NCBI RefSeq assembly: GCF_044324785.1
Contig: NZ_CP172127.1
Direction: 5' to 3' (one strand)
Source of the DNA: Escherichia coli
GTDB lineage: Bacteria > Pseudomonadota > Gammaproteobacteria > Enterobacterales > Enterobacteriaceae
DNA length: 64,000 nucleotides
Under the pieces are notes generated by a model. It saw only the letters and a program-made list of their open reading frames with translations, was not told the origin of the DNA and did no database searches. The position numbers and the translations under genes are program-made. This document shows, in pieces, positions 1 to 12,720 of the stretch. Numbering within the stretch: position 1 is the stretch's first letter; each line of letters begins with the position of its first letter.

Positions 1-440
1 AACGGCACGCCGAGCAGCAAGTTGCCGAAGGCAATACCGAAGACTACCGGCGGCACCAGACTGCCGATGACCAGTCCGGCATCCCACATTTTACGCCAGC
101 GTGCATCGGCGATTTTTCCGCGATAATCAAAGGCCAGCGGGCGGAAGAACAGCGAGCACAGCACCAGAATCATCGCCACATAAAAGCCGGAAAACGCCGC
201 TGCATAAACTCTGGGCCAGGCGGCAAATAATGCCCCACCTGCGAGGATCAACCAGACCTGATTGCCTTCCCAGTGCGCACCAACGCTATTAATCACTATC
301 CGGCGTTCATCATCATCACGCGCCACCAGCGGCAGCAAACAGCCAATCCCCATGTCAAATCCGTCGGAGATCATAAAGACCACCAGGATCACGCCAATCA
401 GCAGCCACCAGATGAAGCGCAATGTTTCATAATCAAACAT
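1..440 (-). CDS. appB: Cytochrome bd-II ubiquinol oxidase subunit II, N-terminal part (gene continues beyond window start)
   Basis: Minus-strand ATG at 440 (cat at 438-440) translates [33 protein letters not shown]..., a CydB/AppB-type N-terminus; lies 11 nt downstream of appC stop. Confidence 0.85.
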   Translation of the reverse strand, partial: MFDYETLRFIWWLLIGVILVVFMISDGFDMGIGCLLPLVARDDDERRIVINSVGAHWEGNQVWLILAGGALFAAWPRVYAAAFSGFYVAMILVLCSLFFRPLAFDYRGKIADARWRKMWDAGLVIGSLVPPVVFGIAFGNLLLGVP

Positions 441-451
441 GATTTTCTCCT

Positions 452-1996
452 TTACCCCTGTTGCTGCGTCGGTTGTTCACTCTGCATCGCGCTCGGCCCC
501 AGACGGGCATATTTCTGCATCAGGTAGACTTCGGCGATTAAGAACAGGGTGTAAAGCCCTACGATCATGATCAGTGAGAAAGCCAGTTGTCCTGTGGTTA
601 AGGCGGAGTGCGCGGAGTATGTCGGTAAGATGTCCTGTATCGCCCACGGCTGACGACCAAACTCGGTCATAAACCACCCGGCTTCAATCGCAATCCACGG
701 CAGCGGCAAACTCCAGAGCGCCATTTTCAGCACCCAGCGATGCTGGTCGATTTTGCCACGCAGCGTCTGGACAAGCGCAATCAGCATCACCAGTAGCAGC
801 AGAGAACCACAGCCCACCATGATGCGGAAACTCCAGAATACCGGCGCAACCTGAGGTATCGCGCCACGCATCGCCGCCTGGTACTGTGCAGCTGTGACAT
901 GGTTCATATCCGGCGCATAGCGGGAGAGCAACATGCCGTAACCAAGGTCGCCTTCCAGCTCCCGGAATGCCTGCAACACATGCGGCTCTCGATTGCCTTG
1001 CGATATTTCCTGCATTAACAGCCAGGCCATACGTCCGCGTTGCAAGCGTGGGTAGGTTTCAGCCATCAAATTCTTCAGACCCGGCACGGGTTTATCTAAT
1101 GAGTGAGTGGCGAGGATCCCTAGCAGCGCGGGAATTTTGATGGCAAAGGCGTTACGCTCTTGATCCTGTTCCGGCCAGGCAACCACATGGAACGGTGCAG
1201 GTGCAGGTTCCGTTTGCCACTCCCCTTCCATCGCCGCCAGTTTTACCGGTTGTACTTGCGCGACTTCATACGCCGAACTGTCTCCGAGTTGCAGCGTACC
1301 GATAATCGCCAGAGTACCGAAGACGGAACCGATGGCAAACGAGCGTAATGCAACATCGCGCTCCCGTCCGCGCAGTAAATACCAGGCGCTGATCGCCATA
1401 ATAAACATGGCCCCGGTCACGTAGCCCGCCATTACGGTGTGTACAAATTTCACCTGGCTGACCGGGTTAAAGACCAGCTCGCTGAAGCTGGTCATTTCCA
1501 TGCGCAGGGTGTCGATATCAAAATGCGCACCGGTCGGGTATTGCATCCAACCGTTGGCATTCAATATCCACAATGCAGAGAGATTTGAACCGAACGCCAC
1601 CAGCCACGTCACCAGCAGGTGCTGGTATTTATTCAGCCGTTGCCAGCCGAAGAAGAACAGCCCGACAAAAGTGGATTCGAGGAAGAAGGCCATTAATGCT
1701 TCCATCGCCAGCGGTGCGCCAAAAATATCGCCCACATAGTTGGAATAGAATGACCAGTTAGTACCAAACTGAAACTCCATGGTCAGGCCGGTAGCCACGC
1801 CAAGAGCAAAGTTGATACCGAAGAGCTTACCCCAGAAGCGCGTCATATCGCGGTAGATTGTTTTGCCGGTGACCACGTAAATGGTTTCCATGATAGCCAG
1901 CAAAAAAATCAGCCCCAGGGTAAGGGGTACAAATAAAAAGTGATACAGCGCGGTCAGAGCAAACTGCCAGCGCGATAAATCAATGACATCCCACAT
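452..1996 (-). CDS. appC: Cytochrome bd-II ubiquinol oxidase subunit I
   Basis: Track ORF 452..2002 (GTG-extended) trimmed to ATG at 1996; product [28 protein letters not shown]... 514 aa. Confidence 0.93.
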   Translation of the reverse strand: MWDVIDLSRWQFALTALYHFLFVPLTLGLIFLLAIMETIYVVTGKTIYRDMTRFWGKLFGINFALGVATGLTMEFQFGTNWSFYSNYVGDIFGAPLAMEALMAFFLESTFVGLFFFGWQRLNKYQHLLVTWLVAFGSNLSALWILNANGWMQYPTGAHFDIDTLRMEMTSFSELVFNPVSQVKFVHTVMAGYVTGAMFIMAISAWYLLRGRERDVALRSFAIGSVFGTLAIIGTLQLGDSSAYEVAQVQPVKLAAMEGEWQTEPAPAPFHVVAWPEQDQERNAFAIKIPALLGILATHSLDKPVPGLKNLMAETYPRLQRGRMAWLLMQEISQGNREPHVLQAFRELEGDLGYGMLLSRYAPDMNHVTAAQYQAAMRGAIPQVAPVFWSFRIMVGCGSLLLLVMLIALVQTLRGKIDQHRWVLKMALWSLPLPWIAIEAGWFMTEFGRQPWAIQDILPTYSAHSALTTGQLAFSLIMIVGLYTLFLIAEVYLMQKYARLGPSAMQSEQPTQQQG

Positions 1997-2129
1997 GCGC
2001 ACTCCTGTAGGCGAAGAGAGAAAAATAACCCGTTAATGGTAGATCTCCCTCTTTATCCTGAAACTCTACGACCAGAGGTATTCGCCGATTGCGATATTCA
2101 TAAGCCTGAAAGCGATACTTACCGTCTTT

Positions 2130-2987
2130 TTACGACGGTGCCCCTTCCGCCAGCCACTGACATACCTCACTAAGCCGCTGCGCAGAGTCGACCAAATCTT
2201 CTGGCGCTGCCAGAACCACTTCCGGTATCGGGCAGATTTCATAACTTTCCAGTAACGGGCCTTTTAAGGTGTCCGTACAGCGTAAATGCCAGACATGGCG
2301 TAACCCCGTGGCGTTGATATAGCTCTCGCCATAGCCAATGGTACGAATCTGAATATTTCCCGGCCCACAGAGACGTGAGAGAAAAAGCCGATCAGCCTCG
2401 CTGATGGGTAATTGCGTCAGATTAATGCTGTGCGGCTGCGCGTCGGGGTTACGTACATGCGCCAGTAACTCATGCGCCAACGGTAGGCCATTCATCAGGC
2501 CATCAATGGGCGGCGGTAACAGCGAATCTGTCGGCAAGAGATTTTGCGTTGCCGCCTGCCACAACGCCAGCGGCGCGCAGCCAGCCTCCAGTTTGTCCTC
2601 CAGCAACTTTTCGCCGCGACGTCTGCGCACCCGCCATAATCCGCAGAAGATCGCCTCCTGTATTTCACTTTCACTGTCGTCAGCCTGCTGAATGCGCACT
2701 GACACTTCCCCTTCCCCGAGAAGCGTATTGATAAAGTGACGATCGTCGGCGTTGAGATTTAACAGATCGACTGCCAGCACCTCGCCCAACGGCGGCTGGC
2801 GTTCGCTTAGTTGATGTTGTAACTCGTTTAACAGCGCAATCACCTGCGGGCTGTGAGCACATTGCTCCAGGGCCGCCATACTCGGTTCATCATTCACCTG
2901 ACAGGTGATCGGCAGTGGATTCATGCTGAAACTGTCATCGTTCGGTTGCGTTCCTGGCCCCAGCAAATGGAAAAAAGTTTCGCTCAT
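2130..2987 (-). CDS. hyaF: Hydrogenase-1 operon protein HyaF (maturation/accessory)
   Basis: Track ORF 2130..3047 trimmed to ATG 2987 ([20 protein letters not shown]...), 285 aa; ATGA overlap with hyaE stop. Confidence 0.9.
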   Translation of the reverse strand: MSETFFHLLGPGTQPNDDSFSMNPLPITCQVNDEPSMAALEQCAHSPQVIALLNELQHQLSERQPPLGEVLAVDLLNLNADDRHFINTLLGEGEVSVRIQQADDSESEIQEAIFCGLWRVRRRRGEKLLEDKLEAGCAPLALWQAATQNLLPTDSLLPPPIDGLMNGLPLAHELLAHVRNPDAQPHSINLTQLPISEADRLFLSRLCGPGNIQIRTIGYGESYINATGLRHVWHLRCTDTLKGPLLESYEICPIPEVVLAAPEDLVDSAQRLSEVCQWLAEGAPS

Positions 2988-3382
2988 GAGGCACGCTCCT
3001 GTTGTGGTTCGACAAGCCCACGCATCAGGTTTATCAGTTCCGCCCACGGGTGGATACCATTCAGCACGCCGCGATAATTACCGCTGGTAAATACTAATGT
3101 GGCGGGAAAGCGAAAGACGCCAAAGCGATCGCCGATGGCTTCGCTCTGCTCAAGGTCAGCTATCGCTACCTGCCATGTATAGTCGGGAAACTCGCGCAGT
3201 AATTCGCTAATCATTACCGGATTATCGCTGACCTCTGGCGTACGTTTCGGGTCACTGCTTAATAACACCACGCCGTCTGGCGCTTGCGTAAGCCAGTCGT
3301 CAAGACGGGATTCACTGACCGGCGTCCAGCCGCGCGCCAGCATTCGTTGCCACAACGCATCAAATGGCGTGTCGTTGCTCAT
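2984..3382 (-). CDS. hyaE: Hydrogenase-1 operon protein HyaE (Tat proofreading chaperone-like)
   Basis: Track ORF 132 aa [31 protein letters not shown]...; 4-nt overlaps with hyaD and hyaF. Confidence 0.9.
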   Translation of the reverse strand: MSNDTPFDALWQRMLARGWTPVSESRLDDWLTQAPDGVVLLSSDPKRTPEVSDNPVMISELLREFPDYTWQVAIADLEQSEAIGDRFGVFRFPATLVFTSGNYRGVLNGIHPWAELINLMRGLVEPQQERAS

Positions 3383-3966
3383 CTCTGCTCCTCCTGTGTC
3401 ATCCGGTACTGGCGCAAGCGAACGCCTTCGTAATTTTCCATCGACAGACAGTCATAATTGAGACAACGCGATTCATTAGCCGGTTGCGGCACAATTCCCC
3501 ACGCAGCCAGCTGCGCCAGCGCCGCCTGTTCCGCAGCGGGCAGTTGCTCCCGCGCCAGTTCGCTCAGGCTGCCGCCGTAGTCGTCGAGCATTGCGGGTTG
3601 CAGACCGACGAGGGCAATATGTGCTGGCAGATGTCCGCGGATATCTGCCAGCGCCAGCACTTCGGAGAAACTGTTCTGATGCAGGCTCATTTTCTTCGCG
3701 CTGAGATAAGCCGGAATGCGTTCTCCGGCATATGTTCGCAGCGTTCCGGGTTCCAGCCCGTAATCAATGGCATCGAGGATCAACAAGTGACTGGCGCTTT
3801 CGACATACCCCAGCAAGTTCAGTCCCTGAGTACCGCCATCGACAATCTCCACATCCTCGGGCCAGTGGTAATGGGCATACAGCCGTTCCGCCACCCGCAC
3901 GCCGAAGCCTTCATCGGCCCACAGCAGATTGCCCAGCCCCATTACCACCACGCGTTGATCGCTCAT
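3379..3966 (-). CDS. hyaD: Hydrogenase-1 maturation endopeptidase
   Basis: Track ORF 195 aa [29 protein letters not shown]... (HyaD/HybD-family protease). Confidence 0.92.
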   Translation of the reverse strand: MSDQRVVVMGLGNLLWADEGFGVRVAERLYAHYHWPEDVEIVDGGTQGLNLLGYVESASHLLILDAIDYGLEPGTLRTYAGERIPAYLSAKKMSLHQNSFSEVLALADIRGHLPAHIALVGLQPAMLDDYGGSLSELAREQLPAAEQAALAQLAAWGIVPQPANESRCLNYDCLSMENYEGVRLRQYRMTQEEQR

Positions 3967-4670
3967 GAACGCTCCTTGTTACTTATTTTGCCAAATTTGT
4001 GGCTACGGTAGCCGTTGACCATGGTGGAGATCACTGTGTCGTCGGACATGATGTCTTCACGCAGCGCCATGTAGACATGACCGATCACAAACGCGCCAAT
4101 CAGCCACATCCCCAGCCGATGCCAGCTGTGAATGTCCATTGAGTTGCCACCCGTCCAGTAGAAAAATTCCACCACATAACGGAACGGCGCAAAAATAGCG
4201 TACTGGCTGTGTTCGCTGTACAGCGCAAAGCCGGTGATGATCATAAAAACTGACATCAGGAAATAGCCGAACATCGCCGCCTGGGCGATGGGGTTATGGC
4301 CTATATCGGCACTCGGACGTTTTGCCAGAAACAGATACCAGCGGATTTCATACCACACGCCCTGCCACCAGCTTTTACGCCATACCGGCACGATAAACAG
4401 CTCGCGGGAGTATCGATTGCCAACAAAAGCCCAGTAGATCCGCATCAGCAAGACCACGGTAAAAACCATCCCGGCGCTGAAGTGAATTAACCTGATGTAG
4501 CCCATATAGAACAGATACGTCGCCTCGCCGCTGACGGAAGGTAGCGGCTTGCCGATAAAGTAACCGGTGACCATCAACACCGCCATGCATAACACCGTCA
4601 GCCAGTGCCAGATACGCACTGGCGCTTCAAAGACATAGTGGCTGACAACGTTGTCGCTTTTCTGTTGCAT
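3963..4670 (-). CDS. hyaC: Hydrogenase-1 b-type cytochrome subunit
   Basis: Track ORF 235 aa, hydrophobic membrane protein [38 protein letters not shown]... Confidence 0.92.
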   Translation of the reverse strand: MQQKSDNVVSHYVFEAPVRIWHWLTVLCMAVLMVTGYFIGKPLPSVSGEATYLFYMGYIRLIHFSAGMVFTVVLLMRIYWAFVGNRYSRELFIVPVWRKSWWQGVWYEIRWYLFLAKRPSADIGHNPIAQAAMFGYFLMSVFMIITGFALYSEHSQYAIFAPFRYVVEFFYWTGGNSMDIHSWHRLGMWLIGAFVIGHVYMALREDIMSDDTVISTMVNGYRSHKFGKISNKERS

Positions 4671-4688
4671 GATGATTCTCCTTCGCTG

Positions 4689-6482
4689 TTAACGCACCTG
4701 CACGGAGATCAGCTCGCTACCGTCGTCGCCCAGCACGTGTGTTGAACAGGCGAGGCACGGATCAAAGCTGTGCAGAGTACGCAGGATCTCCAGCGGTTGC
4801 TCGGGGATCGCCATTTTGGTGTTCATCAGCGCCGCTTCATAAGCGCCAATCTGCCCTTTGGGATCGCGCGGGCTGGCGTTCCAGGTGGTCGGCACCACGC
4901 ACTGGTAGAGATCAATCTTGCCATCGCGAATGGCGGCCCAGTGGCCTAACGCTCCGCGCGGCGCTTCGGTAAAACCGACACCACGGCACTCTGTCGGCCA
5001 GGTTGTGGGTTCCCATTTTTCCGTGGAGGCGGTGGCAAGATTGCCGTTTTTCAGGTTAGTCATCAGCTTGTTGAAGAAATACTGCAACTTACCTGCGGCC
5101 CACTGTGCTTCGTGTGCGCGGCACAAAATGCGGCCCAATGTTGACTGGATACCGGAAAGCGGCAGGTTCAGCGCCGACATCATGCGATCGACCGACTCAA
5201 CGGTCGCCGCATCGCCTTTGTGATAAGCGATTAACGTGCGTGCCAGCGGCCCCACTTCCATCGCGTTACCGCGCCAGCGTGGCGCTTTGATCCACGAGTA
5301 GCGTTCCTGTTCATTCAGCTGCTGAATGTTGGTATCGCTGCCTTTGACATCGCCGGGGTTGTACCACGGGTCGGTAATGCCATCGAACGGATGACGCCCG
5401 ACCTGATCGTTGGGATAACGATACCAGGCGTGGTCGACAAACTCCTGCACCTGCTGCGGATCAACCAAATCCACTGGCAGCACATTGTTGAAGTCGCCGT
5501 TAATCACCGCGCCGCCAGGCATCAGCAGACTTTTCTCGCCAAAGTCGTTGGCGATATCCGGGAACGCGCCGTAACTGAGAACGCATTTATCCGAAAGGCC
5601 AGTGCCGATTTCGCTCCACGGTTTGTTGAACTGACCGATGGCTAAGGCGTCGGGGATCATCACGTTGTTAATGAAATCCGCCGTGCGGGTGATAATCGAC
5701 TGCACCAGGTTCAGGCGTTCCATATTGACCGCCCCGACCGCGCCGCTTTCGTCAATGTTAATGGCGCAAGGCATCCCACCGACAATCCAGTTTGGATGCG
5801 GGTTTTTACCGCCAAAAACCGCGTGGATTTTGACAATTTCACGCTGGAAATCGAGAGCTTCGAGATAGTGGGCAAAGCCCATCAGATTGGCTTCTGGCGG
5901 CAGTTTGTACTGCGGGTGCCCCCAGTAGCCATTGCGGAAGATCCCCAACTGCCCACCTTCAACGAATTTCTTCAGGCGGTTTTGTACGTCGAAGAAATAG
6001 CCAGGGGATGATTTCGGCCAAGAGGAGAGACTTTGCGCCAGTTCGGAGGTTTTCCGCGGATCGGCTTTCAGCGCATCTAACACATCGATCCAGTCCATCC
6101 CGGCAAGCTGATAGAAGTGCACCAGATGATCGTGGCACCAGAGCGTTGCCAGCATAATGTTGCGGATGATATTGGCGTTGTCCGGCACTTTAATACCGAT
6201 GGCATCTTCGATGGCGTAAACCGAAGCCAGGGCGTGTACGCCAGTACAGACACCGCAGATACGTTCAACGAACGCCCACGCATCGCGCGGGTCGCGCCCT
6301 TGCAGGATGATCTCCAGCCCGCGAAACATGGTGCCGCAGGAGACGGCATTGGTGATCACATTCTGATCGTTAATATTCACTTCGCAGCGCATGTGGCCTT
6401 CGATGCGCGTAATCGGGTCGACCACCAGGCGGCGTCCGGCATTGTTGATGGTGTATCCCTGAGTTTCGTACTGAGTGCTCAT
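4689..6482 (-). CDS. hyaB: [NiFe] hydrogenase-1 large subunit
   Basis: Track ORF 597 aa with N-terminal RICGVC and C-terminal DPCLAC nickel-binding motifs. Confidence 0.95.
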   Translation of the reverse strand: MSTQYETQGYTINNAGRRLVVDPITRIEGHMRCEVNINDQNVITNAVSCGTMFRGLEIILQGRDPRDAWAFVERICGVCTGVHALASVYAIEDAIGIKVPDNANIIRNIMLATLWCHDHLVHFYQLAGMDWIDVLDALKADPRKTSELAQSLSSWPKSSPGYFFDVQNRLKKFVEGGQLGIFRNGYWGHPQYKLPPEANLMGFAHYLEALDFQREIVKIHAVFGGKNPHPNWIVGGMPCAINIDESGAVGAVNMERLNLVQSIITRTADFINNVMIPDALAIGQFNKPWSEIGTGLSDKCVLSYGAFPDIANDFGEKSLLMPGGAVINGDFNNVLPVDLVDPQQVQEFVDHAWYRYPNDQVGRHPFDGITDPWYNPGDVKGSDTNIQQLNEQERYSWIKAPRWRGNAMEVGPLARTLIAYHKGDAATVESVDRMMSALNLPLSGIQSTLGRILCRAHEAQWAAGKLQYFFNKLMTNLKNGNLATASTEKWEPTTWPTECRGVGFTEAPRGALGHWAAIRDGKIDLYQCVVPTTWNASPRDPKGQIGAYEAALMNTKMAIPEQPLEILRTLHSFDPCLACSTHVLGDDGSELISVQVR

Positions 6483-7597
6483 GCCTGTTTATCCTCATTG
6501 CCTGGCTGATGTTCGGTTTCTGTAGGTTGCTGGTTATGACGTCTGCGCTGGTCAACGGCGCTGGCAACTGCGTGCACACCAACAGCCGCTGCCACCACGC
6601 CAAGCGCGGTTAAACCGACGGTGTCGGCGGTGGAATGAGTACCCATTTGCGGAATATCGACTACGCGGCTGTAGAACGAACCGCGATCCCAGAAACCATT
6701 TTCCGCGCAGCCCAGGCAGCCGTGACCAGACTGGATTGGGAAAGAAACGCCATCATTCCAGCGGGTGGAGGAACAGGCGTTATAGGTGGTAGGCCCTTTG
6801 CAGCCCATTTTGTACAGGCAGTAACCTTTGCGGGCAGCGTCATCATCCCAACTCTGGACGAACTCTCCGGCGTCGAAGTGAGCGCGGCGATAACATTTAT
6901 CGTGGATACGCTGACCATAAAACATCAGTGGACGGCCCATTCTGTCGACATCTGGCAAGCGATCAAAGGTCACCATGTAAGTAATGATGGCGCTCATCAC
7001 ATCCGGGATCGGCGGGCAGCCAGGTACTTTGATAATAGGTTTGTCGGTGATGACTTTGTCGATAGGCGTTGCCTGCGTCGGATTGGGTCGCGCGGCCTGC
7101 ACGCAGCCCCAGGACGCGCAGGTTCCCCAGGCGATAATCGCGCTGGCTCCGGCAGCGGCACGTTTGAGTTTCTCAATAAACGGTCGACCGCTGCTGATAC
7201 AGAACATCCCCTGCTCGCCCAGCGGCGGATTACCTTCTACTGCGAGGATATATTTGCCATTGTATTGCGTGATGATGTCTTCAAAGACTTCTTCCGCCTG
7301 GGTTCCGGCGGCAGCCATCAAAGTATCGTCGTAATCGAGGGAAATCAGGGAAAGGATGACGTCCTTTGCCAGCGGGTGAGCGGAGCGGATAAAAGATTCG
7401 GTACAGCAGGTGCATTCCAGACCGTGGATCCATACCACCGGAATGCGCGGTTTGTTCTCCAGCGCCCAGGCAATCTTTGGTGCCATTCCCGCGCCTAATC
7501 CCAGCGACGTGGCAGCCAGACTACAATATTTGAGAAAGCTGCGCCGGGTAACGCCCTGACGCCGCATGGCCTGGTAAAATGTTTCCTCGTTATTCAT
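6479..7597 (-). CDS. hyaA: [NiFe] hydrogenase-1 small subunit (Tat-exported)
   Basis: Track ORF 6479..7624 trimmed to ATG 7597 ([29 protein letters not shown], twin-arginine signal); ATGA overlap with hyaB start. Confidence 0.93.
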   Translation of the reverse strand: MNNEETFYQAMRRQGVTRRSFLKYCSLAATSLGLGAGMAPKIAWALENKPRIPVVWIHGLECTCCTESFIRSAHPLAKDVILSLISLDYDDTLMAAAGTQAEEVFEDIITQYNGKYILAVEGNPPLGEQGMFCISSGRPFIEKLKRAAAGASAIIAWGTCASWGCVQAARPNPTQATPIDKVITDKPIIKVPGCPPIPDVMSAIITYMVTFDRLPDVDRMGRPLMFYGQRIHDKCYRRAHFDAGEFVQSWDDDAARKGYCLYKMGCKGPTTYNACSSTRWNDGVSFPIQSGHGCLGCAENGFWDRGSFYSRVVDIPQMGTHSTADTVGLTALGVVAAAVGVHAVASAVDQRRRHNQQPTETEHQPGNEDKQA

Positions 7598-8023
7598 ATC
7601 GCACGTCTCTTCTCCTTGCGACACCGGCAGGACACCGGGCGCTTATGGTCGGCAAGCGACGTCCCTGTAGCAAGGCAAACCATCGCTTCACGTGAGATGC
7701 TGAAAACGAAAGCTCATCCTTCTGCACTGGCGCACGTCGCCAGAAAGTATTGTTAATAAAGCGTAGTGAAACTTTTGCACAAAACAATACAAACTGTATG
7801 GATTTATCTTTTAGCGATAAAAATGGACCTATTTTTCTTTTTGCCGGGCAGTGGGGATGTTTAGCCGGTTGCTAAACGAGTAAAAGAGAAGGAATTCATG
7901 GTGATGAAATGATCAATCTGCTGTTATTTCACGCTATCAATGCACTTTTGGCTGTTTTTCAGGCAAACAAACAAATTAGGGGTTTACACGCCGCATCGGG
8001 ATGTTTATAGTGCGCGTCATTCC

Positions 8024-8111
8024 GGAAGTGTGGCCGAGCGGTTGAAGGCACCGGTCTTGAAAACCGGCGACCCGAAAGGGTTCCAGAGTTCGAATCTCTG
8101 CGCTTCCGCCA
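8024..8111 (+). tRNA. serT: tRNA-Ser (anticodon UGA)
   Basis: 88-nt GGAAGTGTGGCCGAGCGGTTGAAGGCACCGGTCTTGAAAACCGG...CGCTTCCGCCA; 7-bp acceptor stem, long variable arm, anticodon loop CTTGAAA, encoded CCA end. Confidence 0.93.
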
Positions 8112-8121
8112 AATAAGATAA

Positions 8122-8154
8122 GGGGTTAGCTAAATGCTAACCCCTTTTTCTTTT
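8122..8154 (+). terminator. Rho-independent terminator downstream of serT
   Basis: Perfect 9-bp stem GGGGTTAGC/GCTAACCCC with loop TAAAT followed by TTTTTCTTTT. Confidence 0.8.
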
Positions 8155-8317
8155 GCCTGTCGAAATTCTCAGGGCGTTATATTTGCTTAATGACCTGATA
8201 ATCCGTTGTTAAACCTGTTCCAGATCAAATGCGTAAAGATGGGTAAAACTTCTGGGTGCCCTTACGCATTATCATTATGCTGCTTAATTAATTACATCTG
8301 TCATAGAGAGTGACTCA

Positions 8318-8977
8318 ATGGATCGTATTGTTAGTTCTTCACATGACCGTACATCGCTGCTTAGCACCCATAAGGTGCTGCGTAATACCTATTTTCTGCT
8401 GAGCCTGACGCTGGCCTTTTCGGCGATTACCGCAACTGCCAGTACGGTGCTGATGCTGCCATCTCCGGGTCTGATTCTGACGCTGGTGGGTATGTATGGT
8501 TTGATGTTCCTGACCTATAAAACGGCGAATAAGCCGACCGGAATTATCTCCGCATTCGCCTTTACCGGTTTTCTGGGTTATATCCTCGGACCAATTCTGA
8601 ACACCTATCTGTCTGCCGGAATGGGTGACGTAATCGCTATGGCACTGGGCGGAACGGCGTTAGTGTTCTTCTGCTGCTCTGCATATGTGCTGACCACCCG
8701 CAAAGATATGTCGTTCCTCGGCGGTATGCTGATGGCGGGTATTGTGGTGGTGCTGATTGGTATGGTTGCTAATATCTTCCTGCAGCTGCCCGCTCTGCAT
8801 CTGGCGATCAGCGCGGTCTTCATTCTGATCTCCTCTGGCGCTATTTTGTTTGAAACCAGCAACATCATTCATGGCGGTGAAACGAACTATATTCGTGCCA
8901 CGGTTAGCCTGTATGTTTCGCTGTACAACATCTTCGTCAGCCTGCTGAGCATTCTGGGCTTCGCCAGCCGCGATTAA
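8318..8977 (+). CDS. yccA: Inner-membrane protein of the BAX inhibitor-1 (TMBIM) family, modulator of FtsH
   Basis: Track ORF 219 aa [39 protein letters not shown]..., seven hydrophobic segments. Confidence 0.92.
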   Translation: MDRIVSSSHDRTSLLSTHKVLRNTYFLLSLTLAFSAITATASTVLMLPSPGLILTLVGMYGLMFLTYKTANKPTGIISAFAFTGFLGYILGPILNTYLSAGMGDVIAMALGGTALVFFCCSAYVLTTRKDMSFLGGMLMAGIVVVLIGMVANIFLQLPALHLAISAVFILISSGAILFETSNIIHGGETNYIRATVSLYVSLYNIFVSLLSILGFASRD

Positions 8978-8999
8978 TCTCACCCGCTAACACTGTCAT

Positions 9000-9029
9000 A
9001 GCCTCGCTTTATGCGGGGCTTTGTTTTTT
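9000..9029 (+). terminator. Candidate intrinsic terminator after yccA
   Basis: Stem AGCCTCGC/GCGGGGCT (one G-U wobble) followed by TTGTTTTTT. Confidence 0.6.
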
Positions 9030-9067
9030 GTTACACTGCCGGCAGTCTGATTAAGGTAGTAATAATT

Positions 9068-9397
9068 ATGCTGATCTTCGAAGGTAAAGAGATAGAAACG
9101 GATACCGAAGGCTATCTCAAAGAAAGCAGCCAGTGGAGTGAGCCGCTGGCAGTGGTGATTGCAGAGAACGAAGGGATTTCGCTGTCGCCAGAACACTGGG
9201 AAGTGGTGCGTTTTGTGCGTGATTTCTATCTGGAATTCAATACTTCTCCGGCGATTCGTATGCTGGTAAAAGCGATGGCGAATAAATTTGGCGAAGAAAA
9301 AGGTAACAGCCGCTATTTATACCGACTGTTTCCGAAAGGTCCGGCTAAGCAAGCCACCAAAATTGCTGGCCTGCCAAAACCGGTAAAATGTATTTAA
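9068..9397 (+). CDS. tusE: Sulfurtransferase TusE (2-thiouridine tRNA modification)
   Basis: Track ORF 9011..9397 trimmed to ATG 9068 ([23 protein letters not shown]...), 109 aa, DsrC-like C-terminal ...PKPVKCI. Confidence 0.9.
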
Positions 9398-9672
9398 CGG
9401 ATACGAAAATCGGTTAATTCACCCGAGGGATGATGCGGCTCGCTGAGCACCCGTTCTACACGCGCAGAACGCGGGCCGCCACTCTTTAACCACTGCATTA
9501 ATTTTTCTACCTGCCCTTCTTCACCGCAAGCAACCACTTCCACGCTGCCATCGTCAAGATTTTTGGCGTACCCGGTTAAACCCAGTCTTTTCGCTTCGTA
9601 CTGTGTGGTGTAGCGAAATCCTACGCCCTGAACTCGCCCGTAAACCCAGGCAATTATGCAGACTTTCGACAT
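9394..9672 (-). CDS. acyP: Acylphosphatase
   Basis: Track ORF 9394..9885 trimmed to ATG 9672 ([35 protein letters not shown]...), 92 aa with acylphosphatase signature VQGVGFR. Confidence 0.9.
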
Positions 9673-9766
9673 TGCTGCTCTCCTTATCCTTAATGGACGC
9701 GTTGCAAATCCATGGAAAACTCCGGACAATGACGCCCATTTCTTTGCATCGACAGAAAAGTAAATT

Positions 9767-10957
9767 ATGAGTGTACGTTTAGTGTTAGCCAAAGGGCGCG
9801 AAAAATCATTACTTCGTCGCCATCCGTGGGTCTTTTCCGGGGCCGTTGCCCGCATGGAAGGTAAAGCCAGCCTCGGGGAAACCATCGATATTGTTGATCA
9901 TCAGGGAAAATGGTTAGCACGCGGCGCTTATTCGCCAGCTTCGCAAATCCGGGCGCGCGTCTGGACGTTTGACCCGTCTGAGTCTATCGACATTGCTTTT
10001 TTTTCCCGCCGTTTGCAACAAGCACAAAAATGGCGTGACTGGCTGGCGCAAAAAGATGGCCTCGACAGCTATCGTTTAATCGCCGGTGAATCTGATGGCC
10101 TGCCGGGTATTACTATCGATCGTTTCGGTAATTTTCTGGTGCTGCAATTGCTGAGTGCTGGCGCAGAATATCAGCGCGCAGCATTAATTAGTGCCCTGCA
10201 AACGCTGTACCCGGAATGTGCGATTTACGATCGCAGCGACGTTACGGTACGTAAAAAAGAAGGGATGGAACTGACCCAGGGCCCCGTTACCGGAGAGCTA
10301 CCGCCTGCCCTGCTGCCGATTGAAGAACACGGCATGAAGCTGCTGGTGGACATACAGCACGGGCACAAAACGGGCTACTACCTGGACCAGCGTGACAGCC
10401 GCCTGGCTACCCGCCGCTACGTTGAAAATAAACGCGTACTGAACTGTTTCTCCTATACCGGTGGTTTCGCCGTATCGGCACTGATGGGCGGTTGCAGCCA
10501 GGTTGTCAGCGTTGATACCTCCCAGGAAGCCCTGGATATTGCACGGCAGAACGTTGAGCTGAACAAACTGGATCTGAGCAAGGCTGAGTTTGTCCGTGAT
10601 GATGTCTTTAAATTGCTGCGTACTTATCGCGATCGCGGTGAAAAATTTGACGTTATCGTGATGGACCCGCCGAAGTTTGTTGAGAATAAAAGCCAGTTGA
10701 TGGGCGCGTGTCGTGGCTATAAAGATATCAATATGCTGGCGATTCAGTTGCTGAATGAAGGCGGTATTCTCCTGACTTTCTCCTGTTCCGGTCTGATGAC
10801 CAGCGATTTATTTCAGAAAATCATCGCGGATGCCGCAATTGATGCCGGTCGTGATGTACAATTTATAGAGCAGTTCCGTCAGGCAGCCGATCATCCGGTG
10901 ATCGCTACCTACCCGGAAGGGCTATATCTGAAAGGGTTTGCCTGTCGCGTCATGTAA
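9767..10957 (+). CDS. rlmI: 23S rRNA m5C1962 methyltransferase
   Basis: Track ORF 396 aa [27 protein letters not shown]..., PUA plus SAM-dependent methyltransferase domain. Confidence 0.92.
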   Translation: MSVRLVLAKGREKSLLRRHPWVFSGAVARMEGKASLGETIDIVDHQGKWLARGAYSPASQIRARVWTFDPSESIDIAFFSRRLQQAQKWRDWLAQKDGLDSYRLIAGESDGLPGITIDRFGNFLVLQLLSAGAEYQRAALISALQTLYPECAIYDRSDVTVRKKEGMELTQGPVTGELPPALLPIEEHGMKLLVDIQHGHKTGYYLDQRDSRLATRRYVENKRVLNCFSYTGGFAVSALMGGCSQVVSVDTSQEALDIARQNVELNKLDLSKAEFVRDDVFKLLRTYRDRGEKFDVIVMDPPKFVENKSQLMGACRGYKDINMLAIQLLNEGGILLTFSCSGLMTSDLFQKIIADAAIDAGRDVQFIEQFRQAADHPVIATYPEGLYLKGFACRVM

Positions 10958-11332
<375 letters not shown>

Positions 11333-11341
11333 TCCCTGAAC

Positions 11342-11379
11342 AAATCCCCGGAAGGTTTTGGCCTTCCGGGGATTTTTTA
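11342..11379. terminator. Shared hairpin terminator between convergent hspQ and yccU
   Basis: Perfect 10-bp stem CCCCGGAAGG/CCTTCCGGGG, loop TTTTGG, then ATTTTTTA; yccU stop codon (11377-11379) abuts the T-run. Confidence 0.8.
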
Positions 11380-11790
11380 TTTGGCCAGGCCCAGGCGAGG
11401 GATCTCAATAGCCGGGCAGCGATCCATCACCACATTTAATCCGGCATCCCGTGCCAGTACTGCCGCTTGCTCATTAATCACCCCCAGTTGCATCCAGAGG
11501 GTTTTCGCGCCGATGGCGATCGCTTCCTGCGCTACGCCCCACGCCGCTTCTGAATTCCGGAAAACATCGACCATATCGACTTTTTCAGGAACTTCTGCCA
11601 GCGTGCCATACCCCTGCTGGCCCAGCAGTGTTTTGCCAGCAACTTTTGGCGAAACCGGAATGACGTGATACCCCTGGTCGAGTAGATATTTCATCACGCG
11701 ATAGCTGGGACGATCGGGTTTGTCGCTTGCCCCCACCAGCGCAATGGTGTGAGTGGACGTTAAAATGCCTGCAATATCGGTTTCTTTCAT
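11377..11790 (-). CDS. yccU: CoA-binding domain protein
   Basis: Track ORF 11377..11871 trimmed to ATG 11790 ([37 protein letters not shown]...), 137 aa. Confidence 0.88.
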   Translation of the reverse strand: MKETDIAGILTSTHTIALVGASDKPDRPSYRVMKYLLDQGYHVIPVSPKVAGKTLLGQQGYGTLAEVPEKVDMVDVFRNSEAAWGVAQEAIAIGAKTLWMQLGVINEQAAVLARDAGLNVVMDRCPAIEIPRLGLAK

Positions 11791-11962
11791 TATTTCCTCC
11801 AGACTGTTTAACAAAGTGTACGACAAAGCCGACATGCCAACCATGCAGCTAATACGAATGAATGAGAGCAAAAGCGGGAAATATGTCTATATGTTAGTAA
11901 GTATGATTAAAGAAAAATTTTGACACATTATTATTCGGGCGGTCTTTTGACAGGAGCTACCT

Positions 11963-12625
11963 ATGAAAACCGGCATCGTGACCACCTTGATTGCATTATG
12001 TTTGCCGGTATCCGTTTTTGCCACCACGCTGCGGCTTTCAACCGATGTCGATCTTCTGGTACTCGACGGCAAGAAGGTTTCCAGCTCTCTGCTGCGCGGT
12101 GCGGACAGCATTGAACTGGATAACGGACCGCATCAGTTAGTGTTTCGCGTTGAGAAGACGATTCATCTTTCCAATAGTGAAGAACGGCTGTATATCTCCC
12201 CACCGCTGGTGGTCAGTTTTAATACCCAGCTCATCAACCAGGTCAATTTTCGCCTGCCTCGCCTGGAGAATGAGCGGGAAGCTAACCATTTTGATGCCGC
12301 GCCGCGCCTTGAATTGTTGGATGGCGATGCGACGCCGATTCCGGTAAAGCTGGATATTCTCGCCATTACCTCAACGGCAAAAACGATTGATTATGAGGTC
12401 GAGGTTGAACGCTATAACAAATCCGCGAAACGCGCTTCACTACCGCAATTTGCCACGATGATGGCAGATGACAGTACGCTGCTTTCGGGTGTTTCCGAGC
12501 TGGATGCTATTCCACCGCAGTCTCAGGTGCTCACAGAACAACGGCTGAAGTATTGGTTTAAACTGGCTGACCCACAAACGCGAAATACTTTCCTGCAATG
12601 GGCGGAAAAACAACCATCTTCCTGA
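11963..12625 (+). CDS. yccT: UPF0319 family periplasmic protein
   Basis: Track ORF 220 aa [38 protein letters not shown]... with N-terminal signal peptide. Confidence 0.88.
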
Positions 12626-12720
12626 GATTTTTGTGCCTGTGCGCAGGCTTTTTCGGTCTTTCTCTTGCAGCGATAAGTGCTTACAGTAATCTGTAGGAAA
12701 GTTAACTACGGATGTACATT

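Noticed and set aside
8024-8318. Possible genomic island integrated at the tRNA-Ser gene
   Set aside because: Only about 200 bp separate serT from yccA and these hold a terminator; no integrase gene or repeat of the tRNA 3' end is seen, and both flanks are core genes.
8482-8489. Chi sites (GCTGGTGG), e.g. at 8482 and 10342
   Set aside because: Chi octamers are over-represented throughout E. coli chromosomes; their presence is expected and not a locus-specific signal.
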